64,000 nt of DNA from Eledone cirrhosa (GCA_964016885.1 OZ024741.1:406782001-406846000); one strand, 5' to 3'. Counted from the stretch's first letter, positions 39,520 to 54,205 are shown. Notes: generated from the sequence alone by a model not told the origin. Numbers and translations: made by a program.

Positions 39520-40530
39520 AGTACAGGTCTTCGGAAAATTATGAGAGTATTGCTTGCTTCGTAGCCTTCGATAAGGCATGCGACCGCGACATGTTTCGAC
39601 AGGCAGCTTCTTGTTGTCTTGAAGTCCCTAGAAGTATTTGTGGTCGGATAAATGATGTTAAGTGGAAGAGGGATTCCATGTGGGAGAGGGATTCTACCAA
39701 GAAAGTTTACTATCACCTCTTCTGTTTATCATCTTCATGAACAGGATTGACAAGTGGAACTGGGTTAGAAGTGGTATCATAACTGGCGGCTGTAAGAGCA
39801 GTCGGCTGGAATTTGCAGACGACATGGTATTATTTACCACGACAAGGGCGGTGAATTGGCAGTATCGGTAGAGGGTTGGACGCCATGCTTTCTAGCATAG
39901 TTACGTCCCTTTACGATCTGAGTTCAAATCCCGTCGAGGTTAGCTTTACCTCTCATCCTTACGGGAACGATAAAATAAAGTACCAGTAATGTACTGGGTA
40001 TTTGCTGGCCTTGTGCCAAAAGTAGAAACAATTATTTACCACGACAGAAGGTGATCCCTAATGTGCTCTTGATATGTTTGATGCTGAGTGTTGCATGATA
40101 GGAATGAACATCAATGCTGTGAAAACTGAGACACTCATCCTCTCCAAGAAGCCACTACAGTGCACTCTACATGTGAAGGGAGTTTCTCTGAAGCAGATAA
40201 AGAAGTTCAAGTATCTAAGGGCCGTGTTCACGAGTGATGGAAGGCAGGAGGTTGAATAAAGCGCAAGAATTGCAGGAGCTGGTGCAGTAATGTACCAGCT
40301 TCAGCGTTCAGTAACCAGTAAGCCAAACTCGCTATCTTCAATTCGGTCTACATACCAACCCTTACCTATGGTCGTGAATCTTGGGTAATTACCGAAAGAA
40401 TACGATCGCGAATACTAGCGGCCGAAATGGGGTTCTTCTGAAATATCTTTGGAGTAACATTACTCGATAGATGACTAGAAGATCAAAGTGTCACTCCAGG
40501 TAGACCCGCTGCTTCTCCGGACCCCCATAA
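39520..40530 (+). pseudogene. RTE-clade LINE RT fragment interrupted by a SINE
   Basis: KA.DR, Q..LLSPLLFIIFM, EFADD, FKYL, TYGRESW. Confidence 0.85.
39845..40030 (+). mobile_element. SINE, full length, with 16-bp TSD attatttaccacgaca
   Basis: TSD at 39829-39844 and 40031-40046. Confidence 0.95.
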
Positions 40531-41081
40531 TATTATAGTAAACCAGCTGTTTTCGTATAAACCCAGACTGGAGACCACTGATGTAGAGATCCAGCATGGG
40601 CTTGCCAAATTTTGGTCTCGGCTCCTCATATGCTGATTTTTTTCTTCTTTTTAATTTAATATGGTTGCCCTTATTTACCCCCATTTTCCCATTACTTAAT
40701 TTTGTTTTATCTTTCTTTCTCATATTTATTTATTGTCTAGGATATTAAATATTTGGTTCTGTGGTTTATTAGGTTTTAATTAATACCTGGATGAAACCAA
40801 GCTTCTCTTCCTGCAGTTTATCATTTTCTTTTAATCAAAGGAGAGAAAATAGTCACAGATAAAGTGTTCACAACTATGGAGTTTACCTAACCTAAGGTGT
40901 GTGTGTGGCCAGTAGGATGCCGAGACAAAATGTGAAATGTAAACCACGAAGTTGGCAATAGGACACAACTACATGTGAAATGTAGGTCATCAAAGCTAGT
41001 AATAGGCGCGGGCTGGATGTGAAGTGTAGACCCATAAGGTTAGTAATAGGCCCAGATCAGATGAACCTGAGTTTAGGTTAG

Positions 41082-43058
41082 CTTCTCTGATCTACTAACT
41101 CCCACCTTCTCTGGGATATTATGACTATAACTTCTCTGAGCTACCAAGCCCCGCCTTCTCTGGGATATTATCACTATAACTTCTCTGAGCTACCAAGCCC
41201 CGCCTTCTTTGGGATATTATCACTATAACTTCTCTGAGCTACCAAGCCCCGCCTTCTCTGGGATATTATCACTATAACTTCTCTGAGCTACCAAGCCCCG
41301 CCTTCTCTGGGATATTATCACTATAACTTCTCTGAGCTACTAAGCCCACCTTCTCTGGGATATTATGACTATAACTTTTCTGAGCTACTAAGCCCCACCT
41401 TCTCTGGGATATTATCACTATAACTTCTCTGAGCTACTAAGCCCCACCTTCTCTGGGATATTATCACTATAACTTCTCTGAGCTACTAAGCCCCACCTTC
41501 TCTGGGATATTATCACTATAACTTCTCTGAGCTACTAAGCCCCACCTTCTCTGGGATATTATCACTATAACTTCTCTGAGCTACTAAGCCTCGCCTTCTC
41601 TGGGATATTATCACTATAACTTCTCTGAGCTACTAAGCCCACCTTCTCTGGGATATTATCACTATAACTTCTCTGAGCTACTAAGCCTCGCCTTCTCTGG
41701 GATATTATCACTATAACTTTTCTGAGCTACCAAGCCTCGCCTTCTCTGGGATATTATCACTATAACTTCTCTGAGCTACCAAGCCCCGCCTTCTCTGGGA
41801 TATTATCACTATAACTTCTCTGAGCTACTAAGCCCCACCTTCTCTGGGATATTATCACTATAACTTCTCTGAGCTACTAAGCCCCGCCTTCTCTGGGATA
41901 TTATCACTATAACTTCTCTGAGCTACTAAGCGCCGCCTTCTCTGGGATATTATCACTATAACTTCTCTGAGCTAAGCCTCGCCTTCTCTGGGATATTATC
42001 ACTATAACTTCTCTGAGCTAAGCCTCGCCTTCTCTGGGATATTATCACTATAACTTCTCTGAGCTAAGCCTCGCCTTCTCTGGGATATTATCACTATAAC
42101 TTCTCTGAGCTTAGCCCCGCCTTCTCTGGGATATTATCACTATAACTTCTCTGAGCTACTAAGCATCGCCATCTCTGGGATATTATCACTATAACTTTTC
42201 TGAGCTACTAAGCCTCGCCTTCTCTGGGATATTATCACTATAACTTCTCTGAGCTTAGCCCCGCCTTCTCTGGGATATTATCACTATAACTTCTCTGAGC
42301 TACTAAGCCCACCTTCTCTGGGATATTATCACTATAACTTCTCTGAGCTACTAAGCCCCACCTTCTCTGGGATATTGTCACTAAAGACTCTCTAAGCTAA
42401 GCCCCGCCTTCTCCGGGATATTATCACTATAACTTCTCTGGGCTACTAAGCCCGCCTTCTCTGGGATATTATCACTATAACTTCTCTGAGCTACTAAGCC
42501 CCACCTTCTCTGGGATATTATCACTATAACTTCTCTGAGCTACTAAGCCCCACCTTCTCTGGGATATTATCACTATAACTTCTCTGAGCTACTAAGCCCC
42601 ACCTTCTCTGGGATATTATCACTATAACTTCTCTGAGCTACTAAGCCCCACCTTCTCTGGGATATTATCACTATAACTTCTCTGAGCTACTAAGCCCCAC
42701 CTTCTCTGGGATATTATCACTATAACTTCTCTGAGCTACTAAGCCCGCCTTCTCTGGGATATTATCACTATAACTTCTCTGAGCTACTAAGCCCCACCTT
42801 CTCTGGGATATTATCACTATAACTTCTCTGAGCTACTAAGCCCCACCTTCTCTGGGATATTATCACTATAACTTCTCTGAGCTACTAAGCCCCACCTTCT
42901 CTGGGATATTATCACAATAACTTCTCTGAGCTACTAAGCCCCACCTTCTCTGGGATATTATCACTATAACTTCTCTGAGCTACTAAGCCCCACCTTCTCT
43001 GGGATATTGTCACTAAAGACTCTCTAAGCTAAGCCCCGCCTTCTCTGGGATATTATCA
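41082..43058. repeat. 49-bp minisatellite, ~40 units
   Basis: Unit cttctctgagctactaagccccaccttctctgggatattatcactataa. Confidence 0.97.
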
Positions 43059-43134
43059 CGAAAGCTATTGAACACACTGATGCCAATTAACGAAATAGTT
43101 TGCACTTTTTATATTACCATATATATTGATTGTG

Positions 43135-43295
43135 AGTGTGGTGAATTGACAGAGTTGTTAAAATGTCGGACAGAATACTTTCTGGTATTCATCCCAGTTC
43201 CCTACGCTCTGAGTTCAAATGCCGCCGAGGCCAAATTTTCCTTTCATCCTTTCAAGGTTAATATAAAAAAAGTACCAATCCAGTACTGGGGTGGA
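43135..43295 (+). mobile_element. Old SINE copy
   Basis: ctgagttcaaatgccgccgagg..cctttcatcctttc. Confidence 0.78.
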
Positions 43296-44078
43296 TTCTT
43301 CATCACTTTCTCTCTCTCTCATCTATGGAAGAATCTGGATGTGTTCACACCTACGCCGTGTGTCCCCGCCAGTTGTGACTGTGTACATGCAGATGTACAT
43401 GATTACATTATTGATGCTAACACATATCTACCATTTAGTGAGGCATGGTCATTTTTATGTGGTGTAAAGCGGATTCATTATTTAAGTGGTTTATATTCGA
43501 TGAAGGGATTGTTAGTTCGAATCATGGGGTTGTTTAGCTTTCATAACATCAATAACAAAACATACATGGATAAGACAACAATAACAGCAATAGCAATATA
43601 GTAGGTAAGTTAAGGAAGCAAGGTATATATATTAAATAATTGTTTCTACTTTAGGCACAAGGCCAGCAATTACCCAGTACAATCCGCTTTAAACCACATA
43701 AAAATTACCATCCTCACTACAATGGAAATATTTTATCTGTCAAATAATAAATAATTCTTACGGTCAGCAAACCTACAGTTAAGTAAATGGTCCATTGTTT
43801 CAAGCCCCAGGTTATCTCTACACTATATATAATACACCCCATGACAGCTTTTACATGCCAATTTCATACATCTGCTTCATATCAGCTCGTTTTACATGCT
43901 AAAGTCATCAGTATACTCTATTCCTTACTTAGATTGATGTTGTGATTAGTTTAACTATTTACGGTCTAGCTAATTTATTCGAGTATTGTTAGTATTGTTA
44001 GTATTGTTATTATTGTTCTGATTTAATGCCACTACTATATATAGAAGCCATGCCTGTGTATTCCCTTCATTCTCGCAC

Positions 44079-44184
44079 GCTCTGATGAATAGACTGGTTA
44101 TAACAAAGTATTGGTGATCGATTGACGCAGAAAGAGGCGGGTAGCGATCTCTAGACCTACCAGTTCAGAGAAACAATTGTCAGC
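44079..44184 (+). ncRNA. Hammerhead motif with long stem II
   Basis: gct CTGATGA atagactggt..accagttcaga GAAA CAATTG TC agc. Confidence 0.72.
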
Positions 44185-44409
44185 AATGTGAATAAAGCCC
44201 TTATTGTATAGCAAACCATGTCACTCTTCTTTCTTGATTTATTATTACTCCAAGTGTAAACAACATAGAAATCACCGCGGACTCGCAGCATCACTATGGA
44301 AACGCCTTGTTGAGTCAAACTTGGCGAAGCGTTGATACTATCCACTACTCGGAGTACCCTAACTGGACTACATCTAGGTGGACTACCTATAACAATAATT
44401 TGTTATCCC

Positions 44410-44461
<52 letters not shown>

Positions 44462-44505
44462 AAGTTAAATAAAAGTCAAATTATTAAAATTTAGCTTCGT
44501 TTATT

Positions 44506-44560
44506 ACTGCTATATATATTTCAGTGACAGCCATCTTTGGCTGTGACCTCTTCAGGCAGT
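44506..44560 (-). ncRNA. Type I hammerhead ribozyme
   Basis: Reverse complement of 45348-45402. Confidence 0.9.
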
Positions 44561-45347
44561 TTGAATTAGTATGGTATAGACAAGTACATATGTTGTTTAG
44601 GTGTATGATATTGTCAATACTCTGATATGCCCAGTTCCTTGTTGGGTTGTTAATTCACTGGGGAACTGGAGTCATATGAATTCAAACAAACGAATTTTCG
44701 TGTCACAGGTCCCCTTCTCCTCTCATTGGTCAGTTATTAGAATATTCCTCATTCTAAGTGTTGTTATTGTTGGAGTTAGCTTAAATATTGATAAAATGGT
44801 AGAAGGGACAAGGTGTTAAAGGAACAAAATAACAAAAAAAGTGTCAGGAGGGACGAAGAAAAAACACAAACTGGATACTTCTAAATTGTTAGCAGCAGCA
44901 AGATATAAGCTGACCACTACAACAACAACAGTACCAAAATAATGGTGGAGGTCAAATGTACTGAACAATAGCAGGCAAAAACACTACAGGGAGCCTCACC
45001 CCAGAAAGAATTCTATAGACTTCTGACTGAGGAATGCTCTCAGAACTGAACAATGGGAAGTTTGACACTTTTTTGTTATTTTGTTCCTTTAACACCTTGT
45101 CCCTTCTACCATTTTATCAATTTTTAAGCTAACTCCAACAATAACAACACTTAGAATGAGGAATATTCTAATAACTGACCAATGAGAGGAGAAGGGGACC
45201 TGTGACACGAAAATTCGTTTGTTTGAATTCATATGACTCCAGTTCCTCAGTGAATTAACAACCCAACAAGGAACTGGGCATATCAGAGTATTGACAATAT
45301 CATACACCTAAACAACATATGTACTTGTCTATACCATACTAATTCAA

Positions 45348-45402
45348 ACTGCCTGAAGAGGTCACAGCCAAAGATGGCTGTCACTGAAATATATATAGCA
45401 GT
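45348..45402 (+). ncRNA. Type I hammerhead ribozyme
   Basis: actgc CTGAAGA ggtcacagcca aaga tggctgtcact GAAA TATATA TA gcagt. Confidence 0.92.
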
Positions 45403-45550
45403 AATAAACGAAGCTAAATTTTAATCATTTGACTTTTATTTAACTTTATTTTACACTACTCCGGAGTAACCAAACCAACCTGCGCACTTCGTCGAGTGCT
45501 CCATCCTGCATACTGAGGTGTTGGTATACAACCAACATAAACTCAAAATC

Positions 45551-45714
<164 letters not shown>

Positions 45715-45939
45715 TATATATATATATTATACACAGTTTAAGAGTAACCAATCTTAAAGAGAGAGATGGAGATAGGAGAGGAGATATGCGAGGAGAGATT
45801 GGTGAATTAGTTAGAAGCCAAAGCGTAAAGGCATGTGCTCAATGTGCAATATGCAGTAGAAAGTAGCTAGGTGGCTGGGTTCATGCAGACGTTAGGTGCG
45901 CAGAGCTGGAAATATTCATTAGTTAAGCAAAACAAGACC

Positions 45940-47990
45940 ACAAATTTCACAAATTCACAATTTGCTAAAAAAACAATTACATAGATTCTTTAAAAATAAC
46001 GGTCTCTCTATCACCATCGAGCCGAACCATAAAGTAGTGAACTTCCTAGACGTCACCCTGGATCTCAACAATGACCTATATTACCCTTACCATAAACCAG
46101 GTGAAATACTCACATATATTAGCCCACACTCTAACCCCCCACCGGCAGTCATCAGAGCAGTAATCAAATCTATCTCGTATAGGATCTCAATGCTATCAGC
46201 AAATGAAGAGATATTTATAAACCATGCACAATATTATAATAAGGCTCTTTCTGAATCTGGTTATGAACAATCAATTTATTACATACCTAAATGCCATAAC
46301 ACAGCAACTCACCATAATAAACTTAACACTAGAACTAGAAATATAGCCAGATTCGCCGGAATTTTAGCTGTAACAGTACCTATACAGGGAACTTTAATGG
46401 TGGCAGCGGCCTGCTCCCCACTCGAAGTAGCAAACTAAAAATCAACCCTAGAATAGGAATGAGAAATGGGATGACAAATAACAAATCCCCATGTAATAAT
46501 AACCCTAGGAAGACCCCTACCAACTCCACTAGAACCCCTAGAAGGAATAGACCTAGAAATATCACCTGGCTTAACCCCCCATTCTCATCTAATCTAGCCA
46601 CTAATATCCCTAAACGCTTCTTTTCTATCCTATCTAAACATCCCCCCCCCCCGCCCCAACCATAGATATTACAAACTCTTTAATAAAAATAACATTAAAA
46701 TCTCATTCTCCACAACACCTAACCTAGCTAGCCACATCGCATTCAGTAACCATCATAAACTAAGACAGTATAACTCCCACACCGCGGTACCACCACCCCT
46801 ATCAAATACACCACGCCACTAAACCAATAATTACTCTAGTAGCACACCTCCCCCATCTAATCCTTCTAGCACTGACCTACCGCTTAGGTTAAACTACCCT
46901 ACTCTCACTAACCGCAGAAGCAACTGCAACTGCCGTTACCTTAATGCATGCCCATTAAATGGAAACTGCCTGACACCCAACATAGTCTATAGGTGCACGG
47001 TTAAAACTGCTTCGAATACCAGCTCTTATATCGGGTCTACCTCTAACACTTTTAAGGTACGCTATAACGCGCACTCTTTTTCCTTCCGAGACCCTAGCAA
47101 TAGATATTCGACATCGCTAGCTAGGCTCATTAAAAACCTTAAATTAAGCAACGTTCAACACTCACTAAAATGTGATATCGTGGCTAGGGCCCAACCGTTC
47201 AATGGACAAAGAAAATCTTGTGATCTCTGTATTTTAGAAGCATATTACATAACTCTATCACGACCTCTACTGATTAACGATAGAACGGAGGTAACTATTA
47301 GCTGTCAATATCGAAGGGCTAATTCCTTCGCCAATAGAATATTTGACCCAACTTAGTCATCTAGCCCCATTTTTACTTGTAGCTAATAAGTTAAATAGCT
47401 GTGACTAACTTAGATAATTATAAGTTACCTCCCCTACATTGTCTCTCAATTAAAAAAATTAAAATTTAGCACTTAACTATAAACTACCCACAATTTCTAA
47501 TCTCTCGAGGAGTTACTTCCCCTGAAACCACCCTCTAATTAGTAAGGTAAATATGTCCTTTGGCAGCCATCTTGATACCCATAGGCAGATCTCACACAAT
47601 GCAGCCTCGACAGATGAATAATACTTGATTATGGCTGACAACTGATGCAACCAAGACACCATAGTGAAAAACCAATATATGGAACATTATATTATGTAAC
47701 ATTCTCTCATTATTTTAATTCATATTCCTTTGAAGTTCCGATGAGCCGCTCTGTTCTTTAAATATGTTAATTATTTTCAACTGAACCAGATCAGTTATGA
47801 TATATAGTCATCTGATCCAGAAATATTATATGGAGTAGCGAAACAATTGTAAACGGACATTATTATTATTATTAATATTATTATTATTATTCTCTACATT
47901 CCTTACATCAAACTAAAATATGTTGACAATCTCTTAATAATGTCTTCCTTGTAAAATGTGTGGTCTTGTATTGCTTAACTAAAGAATATA
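45940..47990 (+). mobile_element. 5'-truncated PLE (CxC-linker type, Hydra-clade-like)
   Basis: VNFLDVTLDL, SNPPPAV, ITWLNPPFS, CNCRYLNACPLNGNCLTPNIVY..YIGSTSNTFKVRYNAH..CDLC; stop at ~47356; ends at (TA)n. Confidence 0.88.
47735..47854 (+). ncRNA. Hammerhead motif in the PLE 3' pLTR (long stem II)
   Basis: gtt CCGATGA gccgctctgt..atggagtagc GAAA CAATTG TA aac. Confidence 0.72.
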
Positions 47991-48004
47991 TATATTATAT
48001 ATAT

Positions 48005-51000
48005 AAAATACGTAGTTTAGAAAGCCACAACAATGCAGATGGGAAATCTCGAGGTAGGAAGTGAATGATAGATAGGAGAAATAGAAGAAAGTGAAAATTG
48101 AGAGAGACAAAGATGAAAACAAAACAAAGGTAGAAGGGTTACCGTAGTGAAGATTTAATCACAATATTTCGGGCTCACACCCATCAACGGGGGAAAGTTC
48201 CAAAAAGGGGGGGAACAGGCTAAGCCGGAGAAAGTTGTGATGTCGTTAAGACAGGAATGCCGTTATGGGGAGAAAATTTAAATGAGGGAAAGAATGCGCG
48301 TGCGCGTGATAGGCTGTGGCAAAAGCTACTGACCAAATGGGTTAAATCAAGAGGGTGCGCTAGCGTGTGAAAGCCGTAAAATATGTGTGTGTAAATATAT
48401 ATGTGTGTGTAGCTGTGTGTGTATATGTGTAAGTGTGTATATGTGTGAGTGTGTGTGTGTGTGAAAGATAGTGGGCTGTAGAAGCTGGAAATCAGAGGGT
48501 GTGAAAGGTGGTAGGTTGTAAAACATGTGTGCGTGTATAAATATAGATGTGTGTGTGTATGCGTATGGGTATATATGTGTGTGTAACTGTGTGTATATAT
48601 GTGTAAGTGTGTATATGTGTGAGTGCGTGTGTGTGTGAAAGATAGTGGGCTGTAGAAGCTGGAAATCAAAGGGTGTGAAAGGTGGTAGGTTGTAAAAACA
48701 TGTGTGCGTGTATAAATATAGATGTGTGTGTGTATGCGTATGGGTATGCATATACGTGCGTGTGTGTAAAAATAGCAGGCCGTGAGGGCTGTGAATGGTC
48801 ACTATGGTTAAATTAGCCATGTCAGCTCATTTCTCTCAGCCCGGTTGTCAAGTGGGGGTCTGAGGTTCTTAATAACAAGTGCTTCCTTTATCCTTAAGGA
48901 TCCGATGCTGCGTTCAGTCGCTAGGACTGTGACCAAGGGTCTACCCTGTGGGTTTCCGCATTTAAGGATGTGTTTACGGAAGGAAGATGCGTTGGTGTTG
49001 ATATGTTCCTTGATACGAACATGTAGAGGTCGGATGGTGCTACCTATGTAAAACTTGTTACATTTATCGCATTGAATCTTATATACGACATAGGTGCGTA
49101 GGCAATCTGCCCCCCGTATCGGGCAGTTGCTGAGGGAACACGTCCCATCTGACTCGTCGGGTTTGTTGGAGAGGCATCTTCGCAGCGAAGGTCCTGTGTG
49201 GGCCAAATGTATGTCAAGTCCCTCCGTCCGTATGGCCCTGCGGATGGCGTTCGTGGTATATTCACTCAGGTGGGGGATTTTAAAGAAGCACCTGCTTTTA
49301 TTTAAGTTTCTAGTGGGTGTCTGTCTATTGGGTCTGGGGTCTCTAATTCCGTTAATCAGTCGCTTGGGATATCCATTAGACTTGAGTAGATTACGGAATT
49401 GCGTGATATGGGTGAGACCACCCATCGGGTCGCTGCATCTGTTAGTGATCCGTGTCAGTTCATTTAGGACATAGCCTCTCTTAGCGTTGTTGGGGAGGGC
49501 TGAGTTGTAATGCACAAATAAGTCCTTGCACGCTGCTTTGCGGTAGAAGGTGGTGTTTATGTCTCCTTCTTCCGAGATGTTGATACGGAAGTCGAGGAGG
49601 GCGAGTGACCCGTCTTCTCCTGGGTGTTCGATGGTGAAATCGACGTGATGGTCAGTATCGTTGAAGATTTGGTGAATTTCATTCGCCATCTCCCGGGAGA
49701 AGTAAGTATCAGGATGTCATCAACGTATCTGGAGTAGAAGGCGACGGCGTTGGGTTGGCAGGTATTGAGTGCCTTGCGTTCCAGGTGGTCCATGTACGAG
49801 ATCGCAAGTATGCCGGACAGACTAGAGCCCATAGGTAGCCCAGAGATTTGTTTGTACGTGTGGCCGAGGAAATTGAAGAGTGCATTATCCACAACGAAGG
49901 AGAGGAGTTGGTAGATGTCCGTGTGTGTGAGTCCGAAGCAGTGTAAGTTAGATGCTCGGACTCGTTCGGTCAACAGGTCGACGGCTGGGGATGCTGGTAC
50001 GGAGGTATAAAGGGCGACCACATCAAGACTGAAGGCATAACCGTTGTCCTTTCTGGTGTTGGGCGCCAGATGGTGTAGTCGCTCCAAGACCTCCTTTGAG
50101 CTGCAGACGTGGGCTGGTAGTGTGTGTAGAATGGGTTTCAGTAGTGTGGAGAGCAGCCACGATATTTTGTAGAGTGGGCCCTCCACGCTAGAGACAATGG
50201 GCCTGATTTTCAAATCGGGTCCTTGTTTATGTGTTTTAACCATGTGGTAGAAGGTGGGTAGTTTGCTGTTTCGAGTCATTATGTTGTTTTTTACCTTCTT
50301 TGGCAGTTTTCGTTGGACACAGATGTTAGTCCATATGGTGTTAATGCCTTCCTCGATTAGAGTCGAGGAGGTCCCTGTGACTTTCGAGTAGAGGCTGTCG
50401 TCATTAAGATGTTGGAGAGCTAAGTTGTTGTAGGTCTCTCTCGAGATGACACAGAATTCTTTCCCCTTGTCAGAGGGAAGGTACACAAGGTTCCTGGATC
50501 TTAGGTTGGTGAGAGTATTAAATTGTGCATTGGTGAGGTTGCGTTTATTGTGTGTGTGTGTGTGTGTGTTGGGAAAGGATGTTAGAGATAGAATGTTTCA
50601 ACCTGAGTAGTTTAGTGTCAAGTTCGTGGTTGGTGGGTGGGGGGTGGAGTGGGTTGTCGAGGTGGTACGTGGGGAGTGTGGGGTGGGTTGTGGGGTTGTA
50701 ATCGATCTCGGTGTTGTTTTGGATGGCGGTTAGCCATTTCAGTTGATATGCTGTCCGACAGAAGTTGGTTTCGATGTCGAGTTTCAGTCTATCATCGAGA
50801 CGCTGTGTAATGATGAACTTGGGTCCGAGGCGCAGAAGTTCGAGTTCGTCGTTGGTGAGGGTACCGGTTAGGTCGGTAACGAGGTGTGAAGCATCGTTGG
50901 TAGGTAGATCGCTGTTGGGGGGTGTAGCGGAGGGTGTTGTATAGCTGTTGCCCCTGGTGTGGTTGTAGTCGGTCCGTCTGTGGGAGCGGATGTTGTCATT

Positions 51001-51343
51001 GTAGTATTTGTTTACAGTCCATTCGTATTTCCGTATAAGGCGCTGTTTATCGTATTTGACTCTGGTGTAGTAACACTGATCGATAGCTTTGCGTATTTCC
51101 TGGACCTGGTGGTCAGGGGTGAGGGTTGGAGCTATACGATCTATGTGCTCGGAAAGCGTTTGTATATGGAGTCGCAGTTGGTGGTGGTTGTGTCGTAGTA
51201 TTTTCTTGATAAACGTACGTTGAATGTGGCGGATGGTGTTTTCGAAGGATGGTGATCGTAAACATTCGGGTAGATGTATATTCCTGATGGTGGTTGGAAT
51301 GATGTTGTTCTTTAGGCAGCGTTTTAAGAAGGTAATTTGGCAT
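48005..51343 (-). mobile_element. Penelope-like element, same clade as 668-4283, frameshifted and 5'-truncated
   Basis: RT 49557-50486 (LPSDKGKEFCV, YVDD). Thumb and GIY-YIG 48808-49689 (VVYKIQCDKC..YIGST..RIKEH). CA-rich 3' UTR with a ~180-bp duplication. Confidence 0.93.
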
Positions 51344-51349
51344 TATATA

Positions 51350-51381
<32 letters not shown>

Positions 51382-51394
51382 TATATTATATATA

Positions 51395-51613
<219 letters not shown>

Positions 51614-51709
51614 TACCCACTCTACTACCTCAAGTATTGAGTACTTTGGTGCGTTATGGTCCACCTGGTTCCTTACCACATTTCCTTCGTTATATATATA
51701 TATATATAT

Positions 51710-52310
51710 ATATTGTTTATTTTATAGAAGGAGCTTCTACAGGACTAGTACTGTTTCATTCAGATGAAATCTTCAGGAAGCTGGGTGTCATATTTAGTTC
51801 TGGTATTTATACATTTAGGTAGTGGTAAAGGAGGGGTGGTGAAAGGGCGGGGGGAGGGGGGTATTTAGATACACAGGACCACTTCATGGCGCAGGCCGTT
51901 TTTTCTTTGGGGAGTGGTCAATTAGCCAGAGTGCTTTTTTGAAATAAATAAATAAGTAAATAAATAAATGAATAAATAGATAAAAGAATAAATAAATAAA
52001 ATAAATAAAAAAATAAGTAAAAATAATAAAAATAAATAAATAAAAACCCCAAGAATAGTAATTCAACAGATATATAGTAGGGAAATTTAGGTGGGTTGGT
52101 AATAGAAATTAAACATTTAACAAGACCGAATCATGGCACAGACTGGGGTGAGTGGTCAAGTTAACATACAAGCCACAGGTGGCCAGAGTGTTTTTGTAGG
52201 ATGGAAGGAATAAAATATATTTACATACTCACAACCACATACAAAAACACTTACACACACACATATATATACACACATATTTAAACACTTACACACACAT
52301 ATATATACCT

Positions 52311-52385
<75 letters not shown>

Positions 52386-52880
52386 CACACCTACACATTC
52401 ACACACATATACACACATATACATATACATATATATATATATACACACACACACACATGTGTGCGTATACACATACACACACACACACACATACATATAC
52501 ACACACACACTCATACATACATACATACACACATATACATATATACACAAGAAAAACACAAACACACAAATAAATATACACACACACACAAATATACACA
52601 CACACACACGCATACACATACACACACATATATATCTACACATACACACGTGCGGATTCACATACATATATATATATATATATATACATATATATGTTTA
52701 CACATATATATATACACACCTACATGCACGTATGTCTCTCTCGTGTAAACTATACTATACATACACATACATACATATGCACACACATACATACACATAC
52801 ATACACACACACACACAAACACATACATTCACACATATATATACATATATATACACATACACACACACATACATATAAAA

Positions 52881-52932
<52 letters not shown>

Positions 52933-52940
52933 ATACCCAT

Positions 52941-52989
<49 letters not shown>

Positions 52990-54160
52990 TACATATACAT
53001 ACATATATACATCCATATACATATATACAAACACACACATACACATTTACAAGCAAACACGCATACATACACATGCATACATACAAATAAGTACACATAA
53101 ACGCATATGCACAAACACGCACTCGTTCGCACTCATACATGTGTCTATAGTATAAAGGTAGTGGGACCAATTTTAATTTTAAATTTTAAATTTTAAATTT
53201 TAAACTGGGCCTGATAGAGGATAAAATAATTAATGTCACTATTAAGTTATTAATAGTATCATCAAGTAATTAATTACTATTTATTATTCATTACTTACTA
53301 TTTACCATTCACTATTCGTTACCTATCTTTTATCCCTTATCTATTCATTACCTAATTATTCACTCATTAATTAATTAATAAATGAATGAGTTAACTAACA
53401 AACAAACAAACAAACAGATAAACAAATAAACCAGTAAATAAGTAAATAAATAAACAATTAAATAAATAAATGGATAAATAAATAAATAAGTAAATAAAGT
53501 AACTAAATAAATAAATTAATTAATTAATTAATATACAGATAAATAGATAAATAAATCATGAACGTGTGCGTGCAGCAGTTCATAACTGCACGTATGCAAA
53601 CATGAGCAGGTATATGCGTGAATTTGTGTGTGCGGCCACGGAACTTTACTCAGAGGCATACAACACAATATATAAGACCTGGAGGGGAGGAAAGAAGGTA
53701 ATAATGAGAGATAGAGGGGAGGAAAGAGGGTAATAATGAGAGATGGCGGGACGGAAATGGGAAGGAGGCGGAGGTGGGGTGGTGATATGGGGGGGGGGGG
53801 CAGTCGGGGGGCCGGAGGGGTCTGTAGTTTTTGTAATTTGCATGCAATTAGGGGAGTGTTCCGAGATCTTGTTGAGGGGAGGGCCTTTGGCGAATAGAAT
53901 CTCATAGCTCTCGGAGATACAGAGGTCACAGCAATTATGGCCTCCCGTGTATGATCGCGCTCTCTGGAGTAGTCTCCAGTGGGTCTTGAAGGGGATGGAG
54001 TTCCTTTTTAGGTGCCAGATGTGGGCGGCGAGTGTAGTCTGGTTAGATTTGTCTGGGCGCCGGAACGAATGTGTGTGGGCGTACCAGCGAGTCTTAAAAC
54101 TATTAGAAGTCATCCCGATGTACGAGTTTCTTTTTTCATCGGGGCCTGAGAGTACATCGC
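51710..54160 (-). mobile_element. PLE 3' portion: GIY-YIG (~53830-54155), simple-repeat-rich UTR and pLTR
   Basis: YIGMTSNSFKTRWYAHTHSF..LAAHIWHLK..CDLCISE..LNK. Confidence 0.8.
51732..51782 (-). ncRNA. Type I hammerhead ribozyme
   Basis: Minus: agcttc CTGAAGA tttc atct gaat GAAA CAG tactagtc CTG TA gaagct. Confidence 0.88.
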
Positions 54161-54173
54161 ATATATACATGCG

Positions 54174-54200
<27 letters not shown>

Positions 54201-54205
<5 letters not shown>

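Larger units (their letters stand above)
44455..45550. mobile_element. ORF-less PLE-type element with ~390-bp inverted repeats (44455-44846 and 45063-45453)
   Basis: Arms nearly identical, each carrying an HHR. Flanked by (TA)n. Confidence 0.88.

Noticed and set aside
44601-45307. Twin 72-aa ORFs on opposite strands
   Set aside because: A consequence of the inverted repeat; GTG start and no recognisable domain.
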